64,000 bases of DNA, taken from NCBI RefSeq assembly GCF_006345805.1, contig NC_043022.1, positions 20,832,001-20,896,000 of the forward strand. The letters run 5' to 3'. The notes under the pieces are model-generated. The model was not told the origin of the DNA and did not search any database. It was given only the letters and a program-made list of their open reading frames with translations. The DNA comes from Octopus sinensis. Its lineage: Eukaryota. Every line of letters begins with the position of its first letter. The stretch's first letter is position 1. This document shows positions 12,278 through 25,614 of this stretch, in pieces. The position numbers were made by a program, and so were the translations under genes.

Positions 12278-14350
12278 TTCGTGACAGCTATTCCGAAAGT
12301 CCGCTTATATAAACACACCCATACACAGGGGATGCGTCGAATTAGCGGTCCTTCGAGCGTCGGTAGAATATTTCGCAGTATTTATTCCACCTCTTTGCCT
12401 TTCTAGTTAGTCCTCGAAGCAATTCTCCACCTATTCCTTCTTCTCTCTCTCTCTCTGGGCAGACCTGCTGATGGACTGGTCCTCACTTGATCTAAAAATG
12501 CCCAAGATACGCCGTGTGTCAGGACAGCATCTCCTATGACTCCGTCAGAAGTTGAGGGCCCAAGGCAAAGACACAAGCACACACATATATCCATACGGAC
12601 TGCGTGTGTGCGTAAACGTGCGCGTGAGTTGTTATAGAAACGCCCAATGTGTAAATATGTCGTCAATACACAGGTGTGTATACATCGAAGACAGGAAGGA
12701 AAACCCGACATGTCGTGCATGCATATGCATCACACACACACACAAGTCTAGTTCATTTAACTTTTTTACCCTTTCATTTATTTAATCGCCAATCAAGAAC
12801 AATAGAAAAATGGCGAGCAAAAATCAACGCCGAGATCGAAAAAGCAAAAACGTTGCTGTATTTATGGCTGGAATGGTTACAGTTATAATCATGTTGGTAA
12901 AAATTCTGCCCAAACAGATACAGTAGCCTGGGGTAGTCTTCTGCCTGGCCGACTCCTGTCAACCATCCTACAAGAATAAAAGCGGTAAAAAGCGATCTGC
13001 CAGTGTGGGTCAAATCGTGGTGGTCACCAATGGACAGCTGATGAAGAAAACTTTCCGTAACGTAATTGAAATATTAATAAGTTTCAACAACAATCATCCA
13101 TCCATCTATCTCCTATACCCACTATTTCTGAGGTCATGGGGGCAGAGTCCTTAGGTACCTTCTCCATGGGCCCCTATTAGAAGCATCCGTAATTACACTT
13201 TCCGATACGATTCCCAAACATGACTAAAAGAAATTATAGATATCCAATCTTCCTGGTTTTGGTCTAGTCCTGGGTCACCTGCCGGTTACTTCGGTTAATT
13301 CGTCTTACGATTCTTTCCTGTTTTCGGAAAATTTTAGTGAATTTTTGTTCTACATGTGGGAATTCATACGATTATTAAAAAAAAAAAAAATTAGCATCTA
13401 ATTTTTTAAATCCTCCATCCAATAAATCCGAAAATCTCTACTCCTTTTCCATTTTTTTTTAATATCAGAGTTTAAAATACGGACTGTCCGAACTTTTTTG
13501 TTTAAATCCGAGCAAAGGAGCACCCTTGGGTACATCATTATTCCATCAAATATGTTTATTAGGTGAAAAATATCGAAAAACATCAATGTGGTTCAGTCCC
13601 ACTGCGTGACATCTTGGGCAAGTGTCTTCTGCTATAGCCCCGGGCCGACCAATGCCTTGTGAGTGAATTTGGTAGACGGAAACTGAAAGAAGCCTGTCGT
13701 ATATATGTATATATATATGTGTGTGTGTGTCTCTGTTTGTCCCCCTAGCATTGCTTGACAACCGATGCTGGTGTGTTTACGTCCCCGTTACTTGGCGGTT
13801 CGGCAAAAGAGACCGATAGAATAAGTACTGGGCTTACAAAGAATAAGTCCCAGGGTTGATTTGATCGACTAAAGGCGGTGCTCCAGCATGGCCGCAGTCA
13901 ATTGATTGAAACAAGTAAAAGAGTAAAAGAGTGTCAGAATGACAAAGAGAGGGGACAGTATCAGGTGGTCATGAGATTTGCTAAAAATAACAGCTAAATC
14001 CCCCATAAATCACACATTTTCTTTTTGTATAATCGTATGTATTCCCGTGTGTAGAATACAACTTCGCAAACATTTTCTGAAAATCATAAAAACTAAAAAA
14101 AGTTATGAAGGGTTCTATGGGGTGATTAAACCAGAACTCCGCCCGGTTTTCTGCTCACATGGTTTTTGTTTTTAAGTTGTGTTTACAAAAAGATGCATTA
14201 AATGACAGATTATAACAAAGAATACAAGCAAAATATATAAAGGAAAGGTCAAAAGACATGTTATATAATGACAGTTATGTCGAAATACGTTATAATATAA
14301 ATAATTTAAAGCATTAAGGTCAGGCTGAAAATAATTTAAGAATTTCTTAC

Positions 14351-14354
14351 ACAT
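14351..14354 (-). CDS. ZNHIT3: Putative first coding micro-segment (ATG T) of ZNHIT3-like gene
   Basis: Minus strand gccgtcaacATGT|gtaaga: good start context and donor; phase 1 joins exon 5798 to give MYAPKMRK. Confidence 0.45.
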
Positions 14355-14495
14355 GTTGACGGCTGACAGACAGGAAGTCAAGCTCTTGATCGGAAGTTAA
14401 TAACATTAATCTCCTGCAGAAAATGAGTAAAGACCTCGTAGTTGGGCTAAAATAATCAGTTACGATTGGCCGTGCTGAGACTACCACGAAGGATT
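14355..14495 (-). promoter_or_regulatory. Putative ZNHIT3-like promoter / first exon
   Basis: Repeat-free segment with two ETS cores (caggaagt ~14371, cggaagt ~14391) and a CCAAT box (attgg ~14465), directly upstream of a minus-strand donor. Confidence 0.45.
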
Positions 14496-14619
14496 TGGGT
14501 CGAACAAATTTACCCCGATACTTTTTTTTTAAAGCCTGCTACTTATTCTATCGGTTTCTTGGGCCGAACAGCTACGTTATGCTGGGGGACGTAAACAAAC
14601 AAACACCTATTTTCAAGCA

Positions 14620-15033
14620 GGATCTTTTCGGTTTGAACGGCAGTTTTTTCAAGCGGTGTCATATAAAATTGTTCCCCATAATTATGACCCTAGTATCGAT
14701 CTATTATTGCATTTCAACCTGTTTTAGGGTTAGGTGTGAGGGGAAGGAGATCTTTTTTTCTTCAGAAATTTAAATAAACCCAATCTGTTTCTTAAACTAA
14801 GGACATATTCATACGGCACAGAATGTTTTCACCTCAATAGATGTCATTGATTGGTTGAAATTGCAGAAATTGAAAAAAGAAATCCAATAAATATATTACA
14901 AACTATAAAATTTTCTCAATAAAACCAAGAGAAAAAATGTTTTATAAACACATTCTACCAGTATACGAAGTTTAAAAGTATTTAGTTATGTGGAAATTAT
15001 TTTTAAAAAATGCCGTTCAAACCGAAAAGATCC
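14620..15033. mobile_element. TIR MITE (superfamily uncertain)
   Basis: GGATCTTTTCGGTTTGAACGGCA / TGCCGTTCAAACCGAAAAGATCC; partial copy at ~10775-10980. Confidence 0.8.
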
Positions 15034-16778
15034 CTATCGGCTTCTTGGGCCGAACAGCTGCGTTATGCTGGGGGACGTAAACAAACTAACACCTATTTTC
15101 AAACAGTGCTGGGGGAGAAACATGATGACACAAGCACATAAATACATACAGATATAGACACACACACACACATCCTCCTCATCATCATCGTTTAACATCC
15201 GCTTTCCATGCTAGCATGGGTTGGACGATTTGACTGAGGACTAGCGAACCAGATGGCTGCACCAGGCTCCAGTCTCAATCTGGCAGAAATTCTACAGTTG
15301 GATGCCCTTCCTAATGCCAACCACTCTGAGAGTGTAGTGAGTGCTTTTACGTGCCACCAGCACGAGGGCCAGTCAGGCGGTACTGGCGAGCTGGCAGAAA
15401 CATTAGCATGCCGGGCGAAATGCTTTGCAGTATTTCGTCTGTTGTTATATTGTGAGTTCAAATTCCGCCACGGTCGACTTTACCTTTCATCCTTTCGGGG
15501 TCGATAAATTAAGTGCCAGTTATGCACTGGGGTCGATGTAATCAACTTAATACTTATGTCTGTCCTTGTTTGTCCCTTCTATGTTTAGCCCCTTGTGGGT
15601 AGTAAAGAAATAGGTACTGGCAACGGCCATGCTCAAATAGTGTTTTTTACGTGCCACCTGCAGAGGAGCCAGTCCAACGGCACTGCCAACGACCTCGCTT
15701 GAATGTTTACCCACGAACCACCAGCACAAGTGCCAGTAAGGCAACGCTGGTAACAATCACGCTCGAATGGTGGTTTTTACATGCCACCAGCATGACGTGC
15801 CACATTTACATACAAACATACACAGGATCTATGTATATATATATATATACTAGGATCTATGTATATATATATACTAGCATGGAAAGCGGACGTTAAACGA
15901 TGATGATGATGATATATATATATAGGCGCAGGAGTGGCTGTGTGGTAAGTAGCTTGTTTACCAACCACATGGTTCCGGGTTCAGTCTCACTGCGTGGCAC
16001 CTTGGGCAAGTGTCTTCTACTATAGCCTTGGGCTGACCAAAGCCTTGTGAGTGGATTTGGTAGACGGAAACTGAAAGAAGCCCGTCGTATATATGTATAC
16101 ATATGCGTGTGTGTGTTTGTGTGTCTGTGTTTGTCCCCCTAGCATTGCTTGACAACCGATGCTGGTGTGTAAGTACTGGGCTTACAAAAGAATAAGTCCC
16201 GGGGTCGAGTTGCTCGATTAAAGGCGGCGCTCCAGCACGGCCGCAGTCAAATGACTGAAACAAGTAAAAGAGTAAAAGAGACAGAATATATAGGTGAGGG
16301 AAAGCAGACGTTAAATGATGATGAAGATGATGATGATTGTTAAAGGTGGGTGAACTGGCAAAACTGTTGGCATACCAAACAAAATACTTAGGGGTATTTC
16401 ATCCATTATTATGTTCTGGGTTCAAATTCTGTTATGGCCATTACTGTCTCAAGTTTTAGGTCTCATAGGGTCAGTTACCTAGTTTCCATAATGTATAAGC
16501 GGCCAAAATCACATTTTCCTTGAACAGGACACCATTCCGTTGCAGAGTTACCTATTTACAGCTGAGTGGACTGGGCTAATGGGAAATTAAGTGTTTTGCA
16601 CAAGAATACAATGCACTGCCCAGTCCAGGAATTGAAACCATGGTCCAAAAGGATGGAGGGCAAAGTCAACCTCAGTACGGTTTGAACTCAGAGCTCAAAG
16701 GGTCAGGAAAAAAAATACTACAAAGCATTCTGCTCTAACAACCCTGCCAGTCCCTCTGGTAAGGCTAGTAGATTAGAA

Positions 16779-17083
16779 TCTTCTTCTTCTCCTCCTCCTC
16801 CTCCTCCTTCTTCTTCTTCTCCTCTCCTTCTTCTTCTTCTCCTCTTCTTCTTCTTCGTCTTCTTCTCCTCCTCCTCCTTCTTCTTCTTTTCCTTCTTCTC
16901 CTCCTCCTTCTCCTCCTCCTCCTCCTCCTCCTCCTTCTTCTTTTCCTTCTTCTTCTCCTCCTCCTCCTCCTTCTTCTCCTCCTCCTTCTTCTTCTTTTCC
17001 TTCTCCTCCTCCTCCTCCTTCTTTTCCTTCTTCTCCTCCTCCTTCTTCTTTTCCTTCTTCTTCTCCTCTCCTCCTCCTCCTTC
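16779..17083. repeat. (CTT/CTC)n polypyrimidine simple repeat
   Basis: ~300 bp almost purely C/T. Confidence 0.95.
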
Positions 17084-17894
17084 AAAACCACCATTGTTCG
17101 CTTTACCTTCCCATCCACAACAGACACCAGCATCTCCTCTGCCTCCTCCCCCCTCCCTTCATCATTGTTCATGATTAAAGTCTTTTTCCTGCTGATATGA
17201 GTTGGACTCAAATTAAAAATACAAACTGGAACATGTCATGGTTTATACATTGAACTCACAACCTCGAGTTGACCTCTCAGACAGATGAGCCAAATATTAT
17301 CATCATCATCATACTCTCTCTACTCTTTTACTTGTTTCAGTCATTTGACTGTGGCCATGTTGGAGCACCACCTTTAATCGAGCAACTCAACCCCGGGACT
17401 TATTCTTTGTAAGCCCAGTACTTATTCTATCGGTCTCCTTTGCCGAACAGCAGTTTTGGGAGAGGAGTTAAGTTGATGTCTTTGACCCCAATACTCAGCT
17501 GGTACTTATTTTATGGACTCTGAAAGGATGACAGGTAAAGTCGACCTCAGTAGAATTTGAACTCAGATTGTAAAAATGGATGAAATGCTGTGAAGCTTTT
17601 TGCCTAGAGGGCTAATGACTCTGCATGTTTGCTGCCTTAAAATGGTAAATAATATTGATTTCAAATTTTGGCACAAGGCCAGCAATTTCGGGGAGGGGAT
17701 AAGTCAATAACATCAACCTCAGTGCTCAACTGGTACTTATTTTACTGGCCCTGGAAGGATGAAAGATAAGTCGACCTCAGCAGAATTTGAATTCAGAATC
17801 TGTCAGCTCACTGCTTTAGTAATAATAATAATAATAATAATAATAATAGTAATAATCCTTTATACTATAGGCAAAGATTTTGTAGGGATTTTGT

Positions 17895-18065
17895 TCCCTT
17901 GTCATAAGCATCCTGTCCCTGCCATAGGCCTCCTAACCCTAGTATAGGCATCCTACCCCTACAACAAGTATTCTACCCCTAGCATAAGTATCTTGCTTGG
18001 TGATGAACATCCTACCCCTGTGATAAGAACCCTACCCTACCCCTGCAATAAGCATCCTAACCCTG
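17895..18065. repeat. Degenerate ~22-bp minisatellite
   Basis: Recurring ATAAGCATCCTACCCCT variants. Confidence 0.6.
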
Positions 18066-20949
18066 GTTAGTGAAAGAGTGAAGATAACATAGGTTCAAAA
18101 GGACCCTTTAGTTATGTCCTAACTTGGACCTGACAGCGTTTCTTGGACTTGGGTGACAAAAAAAAAAGGCGGGGTTCATTCAGTACACTTGCACTTAAGT
18201 GGCTGTCGTTAGGAAATTTATCCTGATACAGAAAACAAAAGAAAAATAGAACATATGAATGAAACTTGATCAATCATTCTGCTTAGAGGACAGTAATTCT
18301 GAATAAGAACTGACTCAGATGGTGTTGACTCATCTGACTCATGCCGGCATGGAAAAGTGGATGTAAATATAATGTTGATGATGAAGAATGATGATATCTT
18401 TCATGTTAGCACAGCTATCTCATTGAAATTAATATATTACATCATATAAAGGTGGCGAGCTGGCAGAATCGTTAGCATGCTGGGCAAAATGCTTAGCAGT
18501 ATTTTATCTGTCTTTACATTCTGGGTTCATATCCTGCCAAAGTCAACTTTGCCTTTCATCTTTTCAAGGTTGATAAAATAAGTACTAGCTGAACACTGGG
18601 GTTAATGTAATTGACTTACCCCTCCCCTAAAATTGCTGGCCTTGTACCAAAATTTGAAGCCACAATTAATATTCACTAATATTAAATATTCACTATTAAT
18701 CCACAATTAATATTCACTAACGTGCTGGTGGCACGTAAAAAGCACCATCCGATCATGGCTGTTTGCCAGCCCCGCCTGGCCTCCGTGCCGGTGGCACGTA
18801 AAAAGCACCATCCGATCATGGCTGTTTGCCAGCCTCGTCTGGCACCTGTGCCGGTGGCACGAAAAAAGCACCCACTTCATTCATGGAGTGGCTGGCGTTA
18901 GGAAGGGCATCCAGCCGTAGAAACATTGCCAGATTAGACTGGGCCTGGTGCAGCCTTCCGGCTTCCAGACCCCAGTTGCACCGTCCAACCCATGCCAGCA
19001 TGGAAAGCGGACGCTAAACGATGATGATGATGATGATTAAAGGTGGAAAGCTGACGGAGCCATTAACATGCTGTACAAAATGCTTGGCGGCATTTCCTGT
19101 CTTAATGCTCTGAGTTCAACTTCCTGCTGAGTCTGACTTTGCCTTTCATCCTTTCGAGGTCAATAAAATATATACCAGTTGAACACTAGGGTCGATGTAA
19201 TCAACTTACCCTCTCCCCGGAATTTGCTGGCCTTGTGCCAAATTTCAGAAGCAATATTTACTAACATTGGCAATTTTCCCCACACTGATTCAGGTGTGAA
19301 GGAGTACAAAATTTCTAATGGCTTACATCTGTTAATTGAAATGGGAACAGCAGAAGTGTATATGGTTTCACTTTAATTAGCAGGTATTATAAGTAATGCA
19401 CCTATATTTGTCACAGGAAGAAAATATTTTGTATACATTAATTAAAAAGTTATAGAGAACATTGAATGCTCATTACATGCCTTTTTTTTTTTTACCTTTT
19501 TTACTTGTTTCAGTCATTAGACTGTGGCCATGCTGGGGCACCACCTTAATGCATTTTTAGCGGAATGAATTGACCCCAGAACTTAATTTCTTTGCTAAAA
19601 TTGATACTTATTCTGTTAGTCCCTCTTCTTAAACAAGTAAATTTCAAAAAGCAAAGCTGTAAGAACTGGCTTTTTTTTTAAAGAAAAAGATAAAAGAAAA
19701 ATTGTTTATTTCTTCAATTTTGTTTCTTATTTGTTTCAGTCGTTTGACTGTGGCCATGCTGGAGCACTGCCTTTTAGTCGAAGAAATTGATCACAGGACT
19801 TATTCTTTGTAAGCCTAGTACTTACACTATCGGTCTTTTTTGCTGAACTGCTAATTTACAGGGATGTAAACACACCGACATCAGTTGTCAAGCGATGGTG
19901 GGAGGACAAACACAGGCACTCACACACACACATACAAATATATACATATATATATGACGAGCTTCTTTCAGTTTCCATCTACCAAATCTACTCATAAGAT
20001 TTTGGTCAGCCTGAGGCTATAGTAGAAGATACTTGCTCAAGGTGCCATGCAGTGGGACTGAACCAGCAACCATGTGGTTGGGAAGCAAGCTTCTTACCAC
20101 ACAGCCAATAAGGTTTTAATTAATCACCCTTATTAGAATAGGCTAGATCATCATTATCATCATCATCATCCAAACATACATATATACTCATATATATATT
20201 CTTTTATTCTTTTACTTTTCTCGGTTATTTTTCTGCAGCCATGCTGGAGCACTGCCTTGAAGGGTTTTAGGCAAACAAATCGACCCCAGGACTTACTTTT
20301 TAAGCCTTCTACTTATTCTATCGATCTCTTTTGTCCAACTGCTAAGTTACGGGGGCGTAAACAAACCAGCACCGGTTGTCAAACGGTGGTGGGAGTGGCA
20401 AACTAACACAAAGACACACACCTATACACATACATATACGTGACGGTCTTCTTCCAGTTTCCGTCTACCAAATCCACTCACAAGTCTTGGTCGACCAGAT
20501 GCTATAGTAGAAGACACTCAGCTCGTGCGCCACCCAGTGGGACTGAACCCAGAACCGTGTGGTATGGAAGCACGCTTCTCACTACAAAAGCTTGCTTGTG
20601 GCAATATCCGGTTCAATTTTTACGTCTACTCACTCTCGCTCGCAAGAATGAAATCTCTAAGAAGAAAACTCTTGGCCAAAGTACGATGCAAAGGGATTGA
20701 TCCCGGAACTACGTGGTTGCGAGACGAACGTCTTAACCACGTAGCCAAATCATGTGGGTGAAACTCTTTGTGCTGTCCATGACGCCCAGATATGTTAGTC
20801 ATAGTGAGAAAAAAGATTCGATACTATACTATAAGATGGAAGCATAATTTTTAATATGGTAGCTATTTTTAGATGATATAAAACTAAAAAAAGATTAATT
20901 CAAGATTTTTTTTTTTGTTCTTTCTCGTGTTTCAATGAATTATGTGTTC

Positions 20950-21005
20950 GGTAGTGCGCATGTCCTTACTAACCGGAAGTAGCGTGTCCACTGCTAAGTC
21001 ACATT
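20950..21005 (+). promoter_or_regulatory. Putative DDI housekeeping promoter
   Basis: Repeat-free, CpG-richer segment ~500 bp upstream of the ATG with TGCGCATG (20955-20962, nuclear respiratory factor-like), CCGGAAGT (20973-20980, ETS) and an ARE-type GTGACTTAGCA on - (20992-21002). Confidence 0.55.
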
Positions 21006-21502
21006 CTTGTTTTAGGTTCGAGTCGAAGATCCAACCTTGTTTTGCTCGCTTTCTCTTCTTATATCTGGCCTCTATCAATCTCTCGTCAGCCTTCTCGCTA
21101 TCCTAATAACCGGACAGAAACAGGTAGGACTTGTTATACCTGAGAGTATCGCAAGATTCCCTTCCTCGAAGTTGGCAAACTGAATCGACGAAAGAGAATT
21201 GAGAAGGAAAACACGCAATGTTGGCCGAACATCAGAACCAGGAGGAAAGTTAAAGTAAGGACACACCGAACACTACGAGCAACACGTTTACTTTTATATA
21301 TATATCAAGAGTAATTTTCACCGTTTCTATTAGAGAAGAGAGAGATTATAACGGGTTTGAGTAATGCGCCATACACACATGTATATACGTGACCATACGT
21401 TTATGTATATATAGATATAGTTGTTATTTACTAATATATTATATATTTATGTATATATGTATTGTTTATTTTGTATGTTGGTGAAGCGAATGAACTGTAA
21501 AA

Positions 21503-21806
21503 ATGCAGGTGACGGTCACAACTTTATCGGACAAAGTATTCACTATTGAAGTTAGCGAAGACTTGGAACTAGAAAACTTTAAAGCGCTCTGTGAATTCGA
21601 AACCGGTATTCCGGCCAAGGAAACTGCAATTCTTCTGAATGGTAGGCCTTTACGCGATGATAAAGCCAGCTTAAAAAGCTATGGAATCGGACATAATGAT
21701 ATCTTACTTCTGCAGCATATGCGAGGGGTGACAGGTCTCACCCTCCCGACCAATACTCCGTTTTCGGCGAACACATCTCAACGATCACCTGGACACGGTG
21801 GACCAG
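21503..21806 (+). CDS. DDI2: DDI exon 1: N-terminal ubiquitin-like domain
   Basis: MQVTVTTLSDKVFTIEVSEDLELENFKALCEFETGIP...LKSYGI is the typical DDI UBL; donor CAG|gtaaac. Confidence 0.93.
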
Positions 21807-22202
21807 GTAAACGAACTATATATTTTTTTTTCATTGTTTATTGTTGTTTTTATTATGCGATAATGATTTTATTGGCATGGAGGGCCCAGTTAGTTGATAG
21901 AATGTTGTAATATCTAGTGTCCTCTTTATATGTTCTTAGTTCAAATCTCACGAGTCAATTTTACCTTTCAAAATGCAAAACATCGATATCCGTAGTGCCT
22001 GTCCCCTGCAACAATTGGTCTTGTGTCTCTACTCGAAAGAAATCAATAATTCTCTTGATCTGCTTTGCTAAATACAGCTGTGTGTTAAACTAAAGAAATT
22101 ATTTTAGTTACTGTTGTCTCCACGAAACTTTCAACATTAGATCGATACCAAGCTAAAAACATCTAGGTTGGTATAGTAACTAATACTTTCATCTCGCGTG
22201 TG

Positions 22203-22246
<44 letters not shown>

Positions 22247-23925
22247 GGGTGTGTGAGAGTGATCTATATATACTTGGTGATATTCCATTATATACCCCAA
22301 TCTTTCGCGACAATAGTGCTTAGCTTAGTTTATGAAAGTTTCCTATGAAATTTCTTTATACCATTTCGAAAACAAAAAAAAAAGTCTTTTACTCTGTTTT
22401 GTTTATTCCTTGCTATTATTATTATTTGTCAATTCTCTCTAGAAAGTTCCATTGGACTTCTTCCTTTTTACTGTTTGATCTTCCTATGTGTGACTCAGCC
22501 GTCAGTTACTCACTTCTCCGCCGTTCCTGGTACGCACACTTTACACTTCACGTGATGTGTAGTAAAACAAGGTACCCTCTTCTTCTTTAAGTGAAGCGTG
22601 TTGATGAATCTAATTATAATTATATATATTATTTTACGTGTACTTTCACGAAAACATTTCTTTTAACCGTGACCTATCTAAGAACATGTTCTGGCTTACA
22701 ACAGCTGATAGATAGCAGGAGACGATCTTGTGTTTAAAAATAGGTTTCATTCAAACTACTTCATTCACTCATTTTGCTACGGGGAACTTTTTTTCTTTTT
22801 TAAGCAGCAACAACTTGAATACAAAGTATTTTAATTATACCTCAAACTAATTAATTGTGGTTTATTCCAAACTCCTCTTGGTTATATTTACAAGCAGGCG
22901 ATCTTTCGAAGTTTAATTCTTTCATAATTAAACTGCGATTTGAGAAACAGCTCTTCATTACATTTTAAATAGAAAATAATTTTGTTATAATTAATGTTTG
23001 GTTAAACTGAATCCGTGAGAGATTTGTAACTCAAACAATTTCACTCTTGTCATTAAACTGGTGACTGTTAGTAGATCCAGCTGTTGTTGTTTAGCCCCAG
23101 GTCAACCCTGACTGACCAGGCCCATGACAAAAAAGTGTTCCAGTCATGACCCACCTCGTAAGGGTTTTTATTTATTTTTTTCCAGATCTATAACGAATTG
23201 TCCAATGTGTTATCTTTAAAAACACTAGGATGTAAGTCGATGTAGATTTGGCTGCTATTTTTAGCAGGTCAAGTGATCATTTTAGACCAAGTATTAACAA
23301 CCTTTTTCGAGAAGCGGGCCGCCTGAAATACGGCTCATTAGGCGGGCCGCACTACTAAATAATAAAAAAAATTCAAGGTAATGTTTCGTTGGCATGATGA
23401 CCAGAAAGTCCCGAAGACCGCTGTTTGGCCATGATCCTACTTCGACAATCGTCACCAGTTCTTTAGCGTGTTTTCGTTTGTTTCCACTTTAAACTGCTTT
23501 TGATGTCGCCCAAACACCCTACGGCGTGCCTCTATTCTAATATAGAATATATTATTGTATACTGTCTTGTTAAATCCATTATACTGTTCTGCCCTTCCCG
23601 CTTAATGTTATTTTATATTGTTTACCATTTATTCTACAAGCTTACGTTACACTTTTGTTCGGTCGATTTTTATTTTTCTTCCGTCGGTTACAATCCCCGA
23701 GACTGATTCCCTACTAATTATCTAAAAACGCATCCCCTCGTTTATAAATATGTGTTCTAATTTTATATATATATATATATTATATATATATATATGTAGG
23801 TCCCGGGTTGATCCGGGGTTAACCACAGTAAGTAAGGTACTCAATACATAGCAGAGTAAAATTAATTTATTATATAGAAGGAGCTTCTACAGGACTAGTA
23901 CTGTTTCATTCAAGAGAAATCTTCA

Positions 23926-23980
23926 GGAGCTTCCTGAAGATTTCTCTTGAATGAAACAGTACTAGTCCTGTAGAAGCTCC
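23926..23980 (+). ncRNA. Type I hammerhead ribozyme motif within a DNA palindrome
   Basis: GGAGCUUC CUGAAGA uUUC-ucuu-GAAu GAAACAG uacuaguc CUGU A GAAGCUCC; 8-bp stem I, 4-bp stem III, GUA site at 23972. Confidence 0.75.
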
Positions 23981-24231
23981 TTCTATATAATAAATATATA
24001 TATATATAATATATATATATATAAGAAGCAACAGAGTGACTCAAAAGCCGAGTTTCGGGCGTTGACCCGTATCAAACTAGTTACAGATCTTCGATCTGGT
24101 TTGGTAGGTGCCCACGCACGAAACTCTCGGCCTTTGAGTCACTCTGTTGCTTATGCTAAATATAAATAAAAATACACATATACTCATATTTTGAGTTCTA
24201 TTTTTCCCCGTTTACATCACCATACATGTAT

Positions 24232-24267
<36 letters not shown>

Positions 24268-25614
24268 TATATATATATATATATATATAGTCATTTCGGG
24301 ACGGTCACTTTTTTTTTTTTGCCAAATAAACACACGCACTATATATTCGTTCTTCGCTTTAGTTTTATTATTGTTCTTTAGTTTTACCCCGTGTATTAAT
24401 CGCACCCCAGTTCTTTTATTCCGTTAAAATCCAGTATAAAATAGTGGGACTTATGTATAATTACGATAACTTACGAAAGCTATCGTACTTTTTTTTAAAG
24501 TAGATTTATCATGTCTGGTAATGGTACTGAAAGAAATTGCCCACAGACGAAAACCAGCTTGTTGGAAAAGGGCCAGTTTATCAGTTTATAAGATCCTTCC
24601 ACTCTAATCGTGTAAACTGGGTTATTTCCCGTGTTCAAAAAATAATTCTCTTTGTTTAAGTCTTGTTTGCTGGACTTGTTCATCATAATTGGATAATAAA
24701 GTTTTTGTCACCTATTCAGGTCACTCTACTTACTATCACTCAAACATTCAGGTCTTTGTTTCTCTGATCGAACCTTGCAAATTGACAAGGGGTTTTATTG
24801 AAGCAGATTTAATTGTGAAGTAGATCGGCTACAGGTTGTTATCTTTTATCGTTGGCTTGTTTCAGTTATTAGACTGAGGCCATGCTGGAGCCCCGCTTCA
24901 GAATTTTTATTCGAATGAATCGACCTCAGTACTTAAAAAAAGAAACAACTTAAGCCTGGTACTTATTCTATAGCTCCCTTTTGCCCAACCGCTGAGTTAC
25001 GGGGACGTAAACAAACCAACACCAGTTGTCAAGCGAATGTGGGACACACAAACACACACACGGCAGGCTTCTTTCAGTTTCCGTCTACCAAATCCACTCA
25101 CAAGGCTTTGGTCAGCCCGAGGCTATAGTAGAAGGCACTTGCCCAAGGTGTCACTCTGTGGGATTGAACCAGGAACCATGTAGTTGGGAAACAAACTTTC
25201 TCTACAATACAACAACGCCTGCGCCTACAACGTATAATTCAACCCCCCCCCCCACACACACACACATAATTACCTGATTCATACACGCTTGAAGAGTCAG
25301 ATTTGTCATGTTTCACTCCTAGTCTTGCCTCAAAACATTCCACTTGAGAAAAGTACTTGCGTCACGTTTTTTTCTTAATGCTGTTATTTAAACAGTCATC
25401 ATAAAACAACACCGATTCTTGTTTTATACAAACCCATGTCACGATATCTGCTCTGTCAGACCTATTAGTTAATCTATCTATCTATATATATATATACGAT
25501 ATAGTGGATATTTAAATTCATAGAGAATCCACTTATAGAGATTCTACGTGCTAGAAAGAACAGCTAAGTTCTATAACCACAAAAAATTTGGGATATGTTT
25601 AACACTAGGTTGGA

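Noticed and set aside
13035-13070. CTGATGA...GTAACGTA hammerhead-like string
   Set aside because: GAAA core broken and stems weak; at best a decayed copy.
16765-17211. 148-aa poly-Arg ORF (protamine-like)
   Set aside because: Translation of a (CTT/CTC)n simple repeat; no gene context.
20660-20746. tRNA-like sequence on minus strand upstream of DDI
   Set aside because: Decayed SINE head continuing into SINE core; no full cloverleaf. The same applies to all other A/B-box hits, so no tRNA gene is called.
14355-21000. Shared bidirectional promoter for the two genes
   Set aside because: Putative starts are ~6.5 kb apart, separated by repeats, and each has its own motif cluster.
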